Below, in pieces: positions 8,426-15,679 of a DNA stretch of 24,375 nucleotides (positions within the stretch are counted from its first letter, which is position 1; each line of letters starts with the position of its first letter). This stretch comes from a virus (taxonomy: Duplodnaviria; Caudoviricetes). The notes beneath the pieces are model-generated. The model ran no database searches. It saw only the letters and a program-made list of their open reading frames with translations, and was not told the DNA's origin. The stretch lies in IMG/VR virus record IMGVR_UViG_3300025889_000915, positions 1 to 24,375 of that record; one strand, given 5' to 3'. A program made the translations under genes and the position numbers.

Positions 8426-8643
8426 CGTCGCCTACTTTCATCAACATGACGTTTTACCTCTTTGTCGATATGTGCCTCAACGCGCTGTATGCCCTCGATG
8501 ATACCTGCTTGCACCTTTATCTCGTTGATGTCGTTGGCTTTTGTCTTGGCGATAAGGGCATTTATGCTGTCAGCCTCCATACGCCTTATATCTTCACGCA
8601 ACTTTACAAAGGCTGGTAGGTTAGCAATTTCTTTCAAGTTCAT
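8422..8643 (-). CDS. Small helical head-module protein
   Basis: 73 aa; 'AF..L.......I..L......EIK.QAG.IEG' two-helix pattern often seen after P22-like portals; GAGG RBS. Confidence 0.6.
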   Translation of the reverse strand: MNLKEIANLPAFVKLREDIRRMEADSINALIAKTKANDINEIKVQAGIIEGIQRVEAHIDKEVKRHVDESRRR

Positions 8644-8899
8644 GGTCTACCTCTGCCAACAGGTTATCTTCCGTGTCGTAAGACTTCTCGAAACCTTTTT
8701 TACCTGCGTGAAAGGCTATACCGTAGCCACCTGTGCGATGATGGGCAGGACATAAAGGTATCGTCCTGTCGTTAGGGCTTCTCTGCCCCATGCCAACACC
8801 GCTTCGTAAGTGGTGGATTTCAGGGTCGCTATGCGTTCCATAGTATTTTTTGCAAACGATGCACCCAAGTCTCACCAACTTATCGAACCGGTCACTCAT
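8621..8899 (-). CDS. ref: Ref-family (recombination enhancement, RecA-dependent) HNH-like nuclease
   Basis: 92 aa; LGCIVC, EIHH.R.G.GMGQR, TIPLCP.HHR.G, H.G...FE..Y.TE..LL match the P1 Ref family pattern. Confidence 0.8.
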   Translation of the reverse strand: MSDRFDKLVRLGCIVCKKYYGTHSDPEIHHLRSGVGMGQRSPNDRTIPLCPAHHRTGGYGIAFHAGKKGFEKSYDTEDNLLAEVDHELERNC

Positions 8900-8909
8900 A
8901 GCCTTATGG

Positions 8910-11183
8910 TCACATCGGTGGTGCAGGTATCTGTGGCATGGAAACCTGCTGATCTGTTGCGACCTGCTGTTGAGTATTGCCCATCATTGGGTCAAGTTGC
9001 CCGATCTGCGCCTGTGCGCGGTTCATAGGGTCTGCTTGACCATTTCGTCTGTTCATCTGCGCCTGTTGCATCATCATCTGCTGTTTTTGCTGTTTGTTTT
9101 GTTGGTGTAGCTTTAAATGTTCCATGTGTGCATCAGCATTTGGTGAACCCATCGCCTTATAAACATCGCTGTTTATATACTCCCACTCTTGTTGCATGTG
9201 CTCGTCATCGTTGTCGTTGGGGTTTACAGGTGCAGGGATGCCTGGGCCGAAGTAGTATTGATCCATCATACCGTTTTCTTCTTCTTGCGTCTTAGGAGCA
9301 GAAGAAGGTACAGAGTCCGATGAGCCGATAAACCTGTCAGCACCGTGTATGCCGTTGGCGGTAAGGTAGAAATGCTCTGCTTCCCAAATGCGTCGTGGGT
9401 CTTGGTTCATTAGTTGTGACGTGCCTTTAAGCCCCATCACGATCTCTGCTTGCTGTTGTCGTTGCGATTGCGAATATGTGCCGTAGTTTGGACCCAATGT
9501 GAAGTCGTAGTCGCCTTGCATGATGAGGTCTTGGCGCGACATCTTTGTCTCAGTAGGTACGCGCCCTTCACCCTCTAAGCGTATCGTGCGATATTCGGGG
9601 CCATATTGTAATTCGAGTTCGTAGATAAGTTCTGCGATAAAGGCAAAGGTTCTGACATCTTGGTTGATGATCTCTGCCATACGGGCTTCGCCCTCTTGCT
9701 GTGCACCTACATAGCCAGTGGCGTGACGTGCGGCGGCTCCACCGCGAGGGTTTGTGCCTAAGAAAAGGTCTGATATGCCCATAACACGCTCAATGAGCGT
9801 GAACAGCATCTGTTCTTCTTGGTAGTAGAAAGAGGTGACATTTTGGTGTGTCTGAAAGCGTATGGCGTTGACATCATCGACAGGTATGCCCTGGTTGGGC
9901 TTTAAGATCATCTCGTCAGGGTCGAAGCCCGACGATGCTTGGTATGCAAACCATGGCATATTGGTAGCAAAGCCGACATCCAAGCGCATATTGTGGATGG
10001 TGTCTAACTCTGCGGAGAGGTATTTAACGATCTCCATGATGCCCATTGAATACCATCGTGTGCCTACTGTTTGGTAGTGCCACTCAGGCAATGGGCGTTT
10101 GCCACGGAAGAAGTAGTCGGAAAGAATGAAACCGCCCAAAAACACAGCAGGTTCTGGCGATATGAAAAAAACCACTTCTTGTTCTTCTCCGTCTACTTCA
10201 TAGGAGCCGAACCATGTGAGGACTTCAAATTCGGGGTTTATCTTGTTCTGTGTGCGGTTGTTGTTGTCTGTGCGCCCTTCGTTGCGGTTCTGGTTGCGGT
10301 TCATGCGGTTGTTATCAGCACGACCAGAACCACGACGGTCTTGGGAAGGCTGTTTGCCTATCCACCACGACTTATCTTCACGCGCGTCGTCATCGAACAT
10401 AAAGGCGTATGGGGCAACACCACCGCGACCTTGCTGTGCCTTTTTGAACATCAGAGAAAGACGTTCCCACTGTCGCAAGATCACCCAATCAGCACCTTTG
10501 GGGTTTGATGGGCGGTTAGGTTGCAGGTTCATAGCACCCAACGGGACAACGACATCATCGAAGTCTAAGGGTGTGAGAACAGGGCCACGGTAGTATTCTT
10601 GGTCAACAACTTTTGGCTCAGGGGCTTGTGGTATCGGATTACCGTCAGAATCTTCTGCTAATGTGCCATCAGGATTTGTCTTATATGTGACAGGTATCGC
10701 ATCGGGCATGTCTTGTTCAAGGCGCACCTTCATCGAATCGGTGACGTATGACATCAACCCAACAGATACGCCATGAATACAACGCAACTTGTTCAATCGG
10801 TGGTATGTCGGGCGCAAATCCATACGCTTTTGTGACATGTGCCACTCAACAAGCTGTGCCGACTGACGCGCCTTTTCAGCATCTTTGGGGTCGTCGTAAT
10901 GGCAAGAAACCAATGGCACATTGTTGAAAATCGTAGAAGTCGTCCGAACAGATATGGTGTCCACAAGCCAATAAGGGCATTGGACATGCAAGTTTGCTGA
11001 ACCATCCCAAGGACCATCACGCTGAGGCAAATTACCACGGAACATCTGCTCATACATTTCGTGGTCGTCATTCATACGTGTGCGAGCAGTAATACCGTCG
11101 TCATAAAGACTGGTAACCATCTCTATGATGTCTGCTTGCTCGTCAGCGTCGAAGTCTAATGGTCGTGGTAGTGCAAAATTCAT
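8910..11183 (-). CDS. Portal protein (P22-like)
   Basis: 757 aa; PWDGSAN, G.S.G, 'WY.MG..E....L..E.D.IHN.RLD', 'E..MGISD..LG', 'TATG'-like HATG, Q/M-rich C-terminal tail; first gene of the head operon. Confidence 0.85.
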   Translation of the reverse strand: MNFALPRPLDFDADEQADIIEMVTSLYDDGITARTRMNDDHEMYEQMFRGNLPQRDGPWDGSANLHVQCPYWLVDTISVRTTSTIFNNVPLVSCHYDDPKDAEKARQSAQLVEWHMSQKRMDLRPTYHRLNKLRCIHGVSVGLMSYVTDSMKVRLEQDMPDAIPVTYKTNPDGTLAEDSDGNPIPQAPEPKVVDQEYYRGPVLTPLDFDDVVVPLGAMNLQPNRPSNPKGADWVILRQWERLSLMFKKAQQGRGGVAPYAFMFDDDAREDKSWWIGKQPSQDRRGSGRADNNRMNRNQNRNEGRTDNNNRTQNKINPEFEVLTWFGSYEVDGEEQEVVFFISPEPAVFLGGFILSDYFFRGKRPLPEWHYQTVGTRWYSMGIMEIVKYLSAELDTIHNMRLDVGFATNMPWFAYQASSGFDPDEMILKPNQGIPVDDVNAIRFQTHQNVTSFYYQEEQMLFTLIERVMGISDLFLGTNPRGGAAARHATGYVGAQQEGEARMAEIINQDVRTFAFIAELIYELELQYGPEYRTIRLEGEGRVPTETKMSRQDLIMQGDYDFTLGPNYGTYSQSQRQQQAEIVMGLKGTSQLMNQDPRRIWEAEHFYLTANGIHGADRFIGSSDSVPSSAPKTQEEENGMMDQYYFGPGIPAPVNPNDNDDEHMQQEWEYINSDVYKAMGSPNADAHMEHLKLHQQNKQQKQQMMMQQAQMNRRNGQADPMNRAQAQIGQLDPMMGNTQQQVATDQQVSMPQIPAPPM

Positions 11184-11234
11184 AAAAACCTGTGGTTTAA
11201 TAAAAACACATCGAAAATACCTTTAGTCATCCGA

Positions 11235-11263
11235 AATATAGATTGGAATATTTATTATGTCAA
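11235..11263 (-). promoter_or_regulatory. Sigma-70-type promoter of the portal/head operon
   Basis: TTGACA (11263-11258), 17 bp spacer, TATATT (11240-11235); about 50 bp upstream of the portal ATG. Confidence 0.75.
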
Positions 11264-11293
11264 ATTGGAATATTCAACGCTTTTTGGAATATT
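11243..11293. repeat. Three direct repeats TTGGAATATT straddling the -35 box (candidate operator)
   Basis: Copies at 11243-11252, 11265-11274 and 11284-11293; spacing 22 and 19 bp. Confidence 0.8.
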
Positions 11294-11624
11294 TATTCAC
11301 ATACTGCTTGGGAGTCATACCATATCGCTCCTTAAACTTGCGAGCATAATGATACTCACCCCAAAACTTCAACTTACGAGCAACCCAAGAATATTCCTTA
11401 CCTTTACGGACATACTTAATGCTCTGCTTAAGACGCTCACGTAGAGTAATATCCACAGGGTTAAAGTTGTGCATATTCAAAGCACGACGACGCGCCCACG
11501 GAAAAGCACGTAACACATCAGCAATCGTAACGCTTCGCAGGTAATTACCACGCACCCACGACTCCAACTGTTTCATACGCTCAGGAGTATACTTAACAGG
11601 TCTGCCAGTGGGATTCTTCACCAT
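11274..11624 (-). CDS. AraC-like helix-turn-helix DNA-binding protein
   Basis: Likely start ATG 11624 (GGAG RBS), 116 aa; 'WVRGNY...VTIADV', 'RLKQS', 'VA.KL.F.....ARKFKERYGMTPKQY' matches the AraC HTH_18 C-terminus; N-terminus GRPVKYTPE. Confidence 0.7.
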   Translation of the reverse strand: MVKNPTGRPVKYTPERMKQLESWVRGNYLRSVTIADVLRAFPWARRRALNMHNFNPVDITLRERLKQSIKYVRKGKEYSWVARKLKFWGEYHYARKFKERYGMTPKQYVNKYSKKR

Positions 11625-12017
11625 AACACTCTTTCTCCATAATCGGTAAGGTGGCAACGAGGGCATTATTGTGAGGAAATATAGGGATATTTCGTAAGTT
11701 GTTGGAAATGCGAGAGATAAGTATAGCGAGATGTAAATGGGGGAACCTTAGATTTTCGCTCGCGGAAGAAGGCCCCCCTGCCGTGGGGGAAGGTCGAGGT
11801 GCGGAGGCGGACACTTGAGGAGTTGTTCATATGTTCACGCCTTCAAGCGTGCGATCATTAGGACTTCTAATATATTTTGTAGAAATATCCTGTCTCGCAC
11901 CGTCAAAACGCGGTATTTTTTCAGGAAAACTTATAGATCAACATACTTTTTTGGCCTATTCTGCGCCCTTATTCCGCGTCATAACGAAAAAATGGTGTGA
12001 TATTTGGCGTGTTTTTG

Positions 12018-12080
12018 CTGGCATTGTGTGGGGTTTGGCGGTCTGGAGTGCCTGGCATCGTGTGGGGTTTGGCGGTCTGG
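12018..12080. repeat. 29-bp direct repeat, two copies
   Basis: CTGGCAT(T/C)GTGTGGGGTTTGGCGGTCTGG at 12018-12046 and 12052-12080, one mismatch. Confidence 0.9.
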
Positions 12081-12189
12081 CTGGGTTATGGCTGGCGTGT
12101 CGCGTGAGGATCGCGCGTGGGTTTGTGCGTGGGTTTTCCGATGTATCGAGTGCGACATATCGGAAATGCAAGAAAGTATGCGGAGCAAG

Positions 12190-12222
12190 AAAAAAGCCCA
12201 AGTGTATTAAACACAAGGGCTT
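12190..12222 (-). terminator. Putative intrinsic terminator closing the small-gene block
   Basis: Minus strand AAGCCC-TT-GTGT-TTAAT-ACAC-TT-GGGCTT followed by a T-run. Confidence 0.5.
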
Positions 12223-12322
12223 GTGTGGATTTTTAGCCGTGGCTAAATTATCTTTTCAGCCAATGCTAATATTTTCGAATTCTGCTTTTTGCTTTTTCTG
12301 TGTATTTGGTGACGGTCTTATG

Positions 12323-13084
12323 GTGTGCATTGTGTGGCCTATCTTTCGATCTGGTCTTGTAGATATTTAATATGCTCGTATGCCTTGTAGACTGTTGTGT
12401 TTTCGTGTCTTGCTTCGTGTTCTGTCTTCTGGGCAATCGCTTTTAATTCCTCGCGCGTGGTGGTTTTTGTAATGGTGTGATTTCCTATTGTCCACCCTAA
12501 AATAAAACCGTCATGGTCTTCCTGGCTTTCTGTTGTATTTTCCAGCCAGTTTTCAGCGTACCAAACACCGCCGCTATTAGTGTCTGACGTTTCGGTGATC
12601 GCGTGTATTTTTTCTTGGATTTCTGCACCTTCGGCTTGTGCGTCGTGGTCGATATATCGCCCACTGTGGTTGCTCCCGTCCCACTCTACGGTCATTAGGC
12701 TGTATAATTTATCTAGCAGTGGGTGTAACTCATCAATAATCGTGTTTATTTCTGTTGCTGTCATATTCGGGTTAACTATCCACTGTAATTCCCTGCCGTG
12801 CCAAACATCCGCGTCTATTCCTCCCCCTGTATTATAATCTGTATGTGCATAAATTTTTCCTGTGTCTAATCTCAGCGCAATATGTGCCTTTTGTGGCGTG
12901 TTCTGCCCTTCATATTGGTGAAATAATGGGTGTAATGGTGCATCGTCGCCTGTTTCAAGATAATGTACTGTGGTGTTCATTGTGTTGCCTCCTGTTTTGG
13001 GTTACCTCGAATATAATAAAACACTTTCGCAGGTTTCGCTAAATTTTTGGTGGGTTGCGTGCGCGTGTGTGCATTGTGTGGCCT
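12323..13084. repeat. 18-bp perfect direct repeat bracketing the 213-aa ORF
   Basis: GTGTGCATTGTGTGGCCT at 12323-12340 and 13067-13084. Confidence 0.9.
12339..12980 (-). CDS. Acidic hypothetical early-type protein
   Basis: 213 aa, strong AGGAGG RBS, D/E/H/T-rich. Confidence 0.8.
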   Translation of the reverse strand: MNTTVHYLETGDDAPLHPLFHQYEGQNTPQKAHIALRLDTGKIYAHTDYNTGGGIDADVWHGRELQWIVNPNMTATEINTIIDELHPLLDKLYSLMTVEWDGSNHSGRYIDHDAQAEGAEIQEKIHAITETSDTNSGGVWYAENWLENTTESQEDHDGFILGWTIGNHTITKTTTREELKAIAQKTEHEARHENTTVYKAYEHIKYLQDQIER

Positions 13085-13085
13085 C

Positions 13086-13292
13086 TTATGGTATAAAGAT
13101 AATGTGGTCCAGTTCTCCGGTTGGGTTGTTCCTTCGGTATATTTTCCCGTCTGTGTAGGCTTTTAGCGATTTATTGCCCTGTGTGTTCATTGTAAATTGT
13201 GGGGTTCTGTTTATCTTGTGATCTATATCTAAGCATCCAAGACAAAACCATGCATCCTCTGCGGTCATTGGTTCTTTGGTTCTGTATGTCAT
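13086..13292 (-). CDS. Hypothetical protein
   Basis: 68 aa, GAGGA RBS. Confidence 0.6.
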   Translation of the reverse strand: MTYRTKEPMTAEDAWFCLGCLDIDHKINRTPQFTMNTQGNKSLKAYTDGKIYRRNNPTGELDHIIFIP

Positions 13293-13377
13293 TGTTTATC
13301 CTCTTTGGTGTTTGGTGTGTGTGGTTTATCTGCCTGGCGCGTTGTTGGTGGTGCTCGTGGCATTTGTGCACTTCTCC

Positions 13378-13566
13378 TTATACGGGGCAAATAGTAGCTA
13401 TTGGCGTGATGCCATAAAAATATGTTTCAAGATCTTCCTCTGATGCCACAAAAAACGCGTATTGTTTTGGGTCGTCGGTTGCTGTGGGGTCATAAACAAC
13501 ATAATGGTCTTTGCGTGTCTCGAATGCTTTTGCCTGTGCTATTGTGTATGCTTTGCTTCTGGTCAT
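13378..13566 (-). CDS. Hypothetical protein
   Basis: 62 aa, AAGGA RBS. Confidence 0.65.
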   Translation of the reverse strand: MTRSKAYTIAQAKAFETRKDHYVVYDPTATDDPKQYAFFVASEEDLETYFYGITPIATICPV

Positions 13567-13578
13567 TGTCTTATTTCC

Positions 13579-14016
13579 TTATACTATACTCCATATTTCG
13601 CGCATTTGGCGGTCATATAGTGTGATGTTTCCGTGGTCGTTTATCTGGACAAATGCGTCCGGCATATCTGGTCCATCAATATTTACAATGGTCCCGTCTT
13701 GTATTTCCTGCTCTATGCTTTCAATGCTGGGCCAAAACCCATAGTCTGATCCGTCACCTTGATGCGCTCCAAAATAGCAATATGGCAGGGCGTGTTCGTT
13801 CAGTGCGTCGAATAGTCCGACAATGTCCCACTGTGCGTCTTCGGATTCATAATAACCTTCATCACCATAGGTTGTGCTGTTTTGGTTTTGCTCTATGTCT
13901 TTAATTAGCTTGGTGTGTGTTCCGTCGTCTATGCGTTTGAGTTCTTCCAGTAATACTGGGATCAAATCCTCATTCCTCATTGTTCCGCGTGATATTGAAC
14001 CAATTTCTGCTTTCAT
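13579..14016 (-). CDS. Acidic hypothetical early-type phage protein
   Basis: 145 aa, AAGGAGG RBS; motifs GT.R.EDLIP and LFDALN..A..Y.YFGAH.GDGSDYGFW. Confidence 0.8.
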   Translation of the reverse strand: MKAEIGSISRGTMRNEDLIPVLLEELKRIDDGTHTKLIKDIEQNQNSTTYGDEGYYESEDAQWDIVGLFDALNEHALPYCYFGAHQGDGSDYGFWPSIESIEQEIQDGTIVNIDGPDMPDAFVQINDHGNITLYDRQMREIWSIV

Positions 14017-14171
14017 TGCCTTACCTCCTTAAACTTATCAATCAAATACTGGACAAGTGCCTCACTGCTCCTAAACCTTAACCAGTGTAAAAATTCGCGA
14101 TCTTGTACACTATTACCCACGTTCAACAGGGTCTTGAGTGTTTTTTGATTTCTGTGTTTATTCGTCACCAT
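14013..14171 (-). CDS. Small hypothetical protein
   Basis: About 52 aa (MVTNKHRNQ...), fills the gap; stop overlaps the next ATG; start uncertain. Confidence 0.5.
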   Translation of the reverse strand: MVTNKHRNQKTLKTLLNVGNSVQDREFLHWLRFRSSEALVQYLIDKFKEVRQ

Positions 14172-14397
14172 CCCCTCCGTACGCGCTTTCAATCTTCTCT
14201 CCGCAGTCATCACAATAAAGGCTCTCATCTTCCCAGTTTGCATCATAGGCCACAATTTCAAATCCGTACCCTTCTTTGTTGGCGCACTCTGGACACAAAA
14301 CACAATGGTTATCGTCCATGTAATAAATGGGGTACAATCCCGGCCAGGCTGTATGTGGTAGCTTGCCGTCTTTGGTCCTTATTTCGTCTATGTTCAT
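14158..14397 (-). CDS. Small acidic zinc-binding protein
   Basis: 79 aa; AWPG.YP.YY, LCPECA, CDDCG..IESAYG; AGGAGG RBS. Confidence 0.8.
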   Translation of the reverse strand: MNIDEIRTKDGKLPHTAWPGLYPIYYMDDNHCVLCPECANKEGYGFEIVAYDANWEDESLYCDDCGEKIESAYGGDGDE

Positions 14398-14409
14398 CGG
14401 TTTAGCCTC

Positions 14410-14802
14410 CTATATAATTAAAATCTTGCCAGTATAACCCAATGCCTTGGTGATTGCTTCCAATGCCCCACTAATTGCCGTATCTCCTGCCCCGCTAATA
14501 CTTCTGTCAAGTTCAATGCCTGCAGAGCGTAAAGCATCGCCCAATGCCGCGCTTTCTTTGTGATAACCATAGCCACCGGCTGAGCCATTACCAGCACAAT
14601 GCAAGCCCTTATGCCGACTGTGACACCATATAGAGCAAAAAACCACGGATGCACTATTTGAGCGTCCCATATACCAACGCACGGTGATAGGGTTAAACAA
14701 TTCACCCTTATACAATGCGACAACGTTTTTTTCGCTGACCGTTTCTTTGTTGTGTCCGTGGTTCCTGCCGTTTTCTTGTGGGTTTTTTATCGTGGCTTTC
14801 AT
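14410..14802 (-). CDS. Hypothetical early-type phage protein
   Basis: Likely start ATG 14802 (AGGAGG RBS), 130 aa; motif G.AGGYGYHKESAA...A...AG. Confidence 0.8.
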   Translation of the reverse strand: MKATIKNPQENGRNHGHNKETVSEKNVVALYKGELFNPITVRWYMGRSNSASVVFCSIWCHSRHKGLHCAGNGSAGGYGYHKESAALGDALRSAGIELDRSISGAGDTAISGALEAITKALGYTGKILII

Positions 14803-14891
14803 TGGTTTAACCTCCTGTAAATGTGTGTGACGTATTTTCGGCGCATCGAGCGACGTTTGCGCCATTTGCGGATTATTGTTATAATATTCAA
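14799..14891 (-). CDS. Putative 30-aa basic leader peptide
   Basis: AGGAGG, 8 nt, TTG; MNIITIIRKWRKRRSMRRKYVTHIYRRLNQ*; its TGA overlaps the ATG of the next gene (ATGA). Confidence 0.45.
   Translation of the reverse strand: MNIITIIRKWRKRRSMRRKYVTHIYRRLNQ
14857..14885 (+). promoter_or_regulatory. Plus-strand promoter (antisense to the early block leader)
   Basis: TTGCGC (14857-14862), 17 bp, TATAAT (14880-14885) with extended -10 TG. Confidence 0.65.
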
Positions 14892-14968
14892 GCTGGCTTC
14901 CTCCTGGTTGGGGTTGCTGGTTGTTTTGGGCCGGTTCACTATTGCGAGTAGTGGACCGGCCTTTTTTT
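14892..14968 (+). ncRNA. Candidate ~77-nt antisense sRNA with anti-SD motif
   Basis: Bounded by the plus-strand promoter and a plus-strand terminator; no credible ORF; 5' part contains CUUCCUCCUGGUUGGGGUU. Confidence 0.55.
14929..14968 (+). terminator. Intrinsic terminator, plus strand
   Basis: GGCCGGTTCACTA-TTGCGAG-TAGTGGACCGGCC followed by T7; the G-U pair and T-run both favour the plus strand. Confidence 0.8.
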
Positions 14969-14986
14969 GTTAAAAATCACAACTTG

Positions 14987-15014
14987 AATATATGCCCTTT
15001 TCCTCAAAAGTCAA
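14987..15014 (-). promoter_or_regulatory. Promoter of the small-gene (early-type) block
   Basis: TTGACT (15014-15009), 16 bp, TATATT (14992-14987), with A-rich sequence upstream. Confidence 0.6.
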
Positions 15015-15117
15015 CAGTTTTTGGTGTTTTTATTTTGCCCTAAGTCGTTGCCCTACAATACATTAGAACGGTTACTTGAACGATTGTTCATATGATTACA
15101 TTTTGAAATGTGGACAC

Positions 15118-15152
15118 AAAAAAGCCCCCACGACACTAATGGCCTGGGGGGT
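15118..15152 (-). terminator. Intrinsic terminator ending the upstream operon
   Basis: Minus strand CCCCCA...TGGGGG-C-TTTTTT, about 30 nt after the stop of 15183-15488. Confidence 0.6.
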
Positions 15153-15156
15153 GATT

Positions 15157-15182
15157 CTCGCTAACGAAACTCGCTAACGAAA
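15157..15182. repeat. 13-bp tandem repeat x2
   Basis: CTCGCTAACGAAA CTCGCTAACGAAA. Confidence 0.9.
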
Positions 15183-15488
15183 CTACCCATACCACCTGTC
15201 GTGTGTATTACCGAAGTCCACATCCCATACGCCACGTCTAAATATCTGCCTACCAAATATCGCCAACAGCACCAACGCTATCGGATTTCCAATGCAGTTC
15301 CATATCGCCACCGCATAAAATGCCCTGCGTCTGCGCCTGTGCCATAGGTCGTCTGGTGTGCCAGGGTGGATTGTCTTGTCTCCCCACGATGCGTCACCCC
15401 ATCCCCAAGTGTATAGGAACCACGCTGATATGATGCCACCGATGGTGCTGTATATCCCCCACGCGATTGCTATTGTTGTTAGGGTCAT
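15183..15488 (-). CDS. Membrane protein with two predicted TM helices
   Basis: 101 aa; two hydrophobic stretches separated by a loop with HRRRRR. Confidence 0.7.
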   Translation of the reverse strand: MTLTTIAIAWGIYSTIGGIISAWFLYTWGWGDASWGDKTIHPGTPDDLWHRRRRRAFYAVAIWNCIGNPIALVLLAIFGRQIFRRGVWDVDFGNTHDRWYG

Positions 15489-15679
15489 TGGGTTATCTTT
15501 CGCCTGTATTTTCGGTGTGATATATAATAGGGGTCTGGTGCTTGGTCGCCTACATTGTCAAGCGTTGTGATTTGCCATCGCGGTTCATCATTCCACCCAT
15601 TAGACATTTCCACTTCATCACCCTCTTGGATAATATCACCTTTTTCTAAATACAGGTAATCACCTCGTATCTTAGCCAT
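15485..15679 (-). CDS. Hypothetical protein
   Basis: Likely start ATG 15679 (GGGAG RBS): MAKIRGDYLYLEKGDIIQEGDE...YRRK. Confidence 0.65.
   Translation of the reverse strand: MAKIRGDYLYLEKGDIIQEGDEVEMSNGWNDEPRWQITTLDNVGDQAPDPYYISHRKYRRKITQ

Noticed and set aside
12018-12080. Mini CRISPR array from the 29-bp repeats
   Set aside because: Only two copies with a 5-bp spacer, no palindromic repeat structure and no cas genes.
11815-12370. ORFs of 61-179 aa in the gap, on both strands
   Set aside because: Repeat-derived low-complexity translations without RBS; treated as non-coding.
14803-14865. N-terminal extension of the 151-aa ORF (ATG 14865)
   Set aside because: No SD at 14865; a strong AGGAGG precedes ATG 14802.
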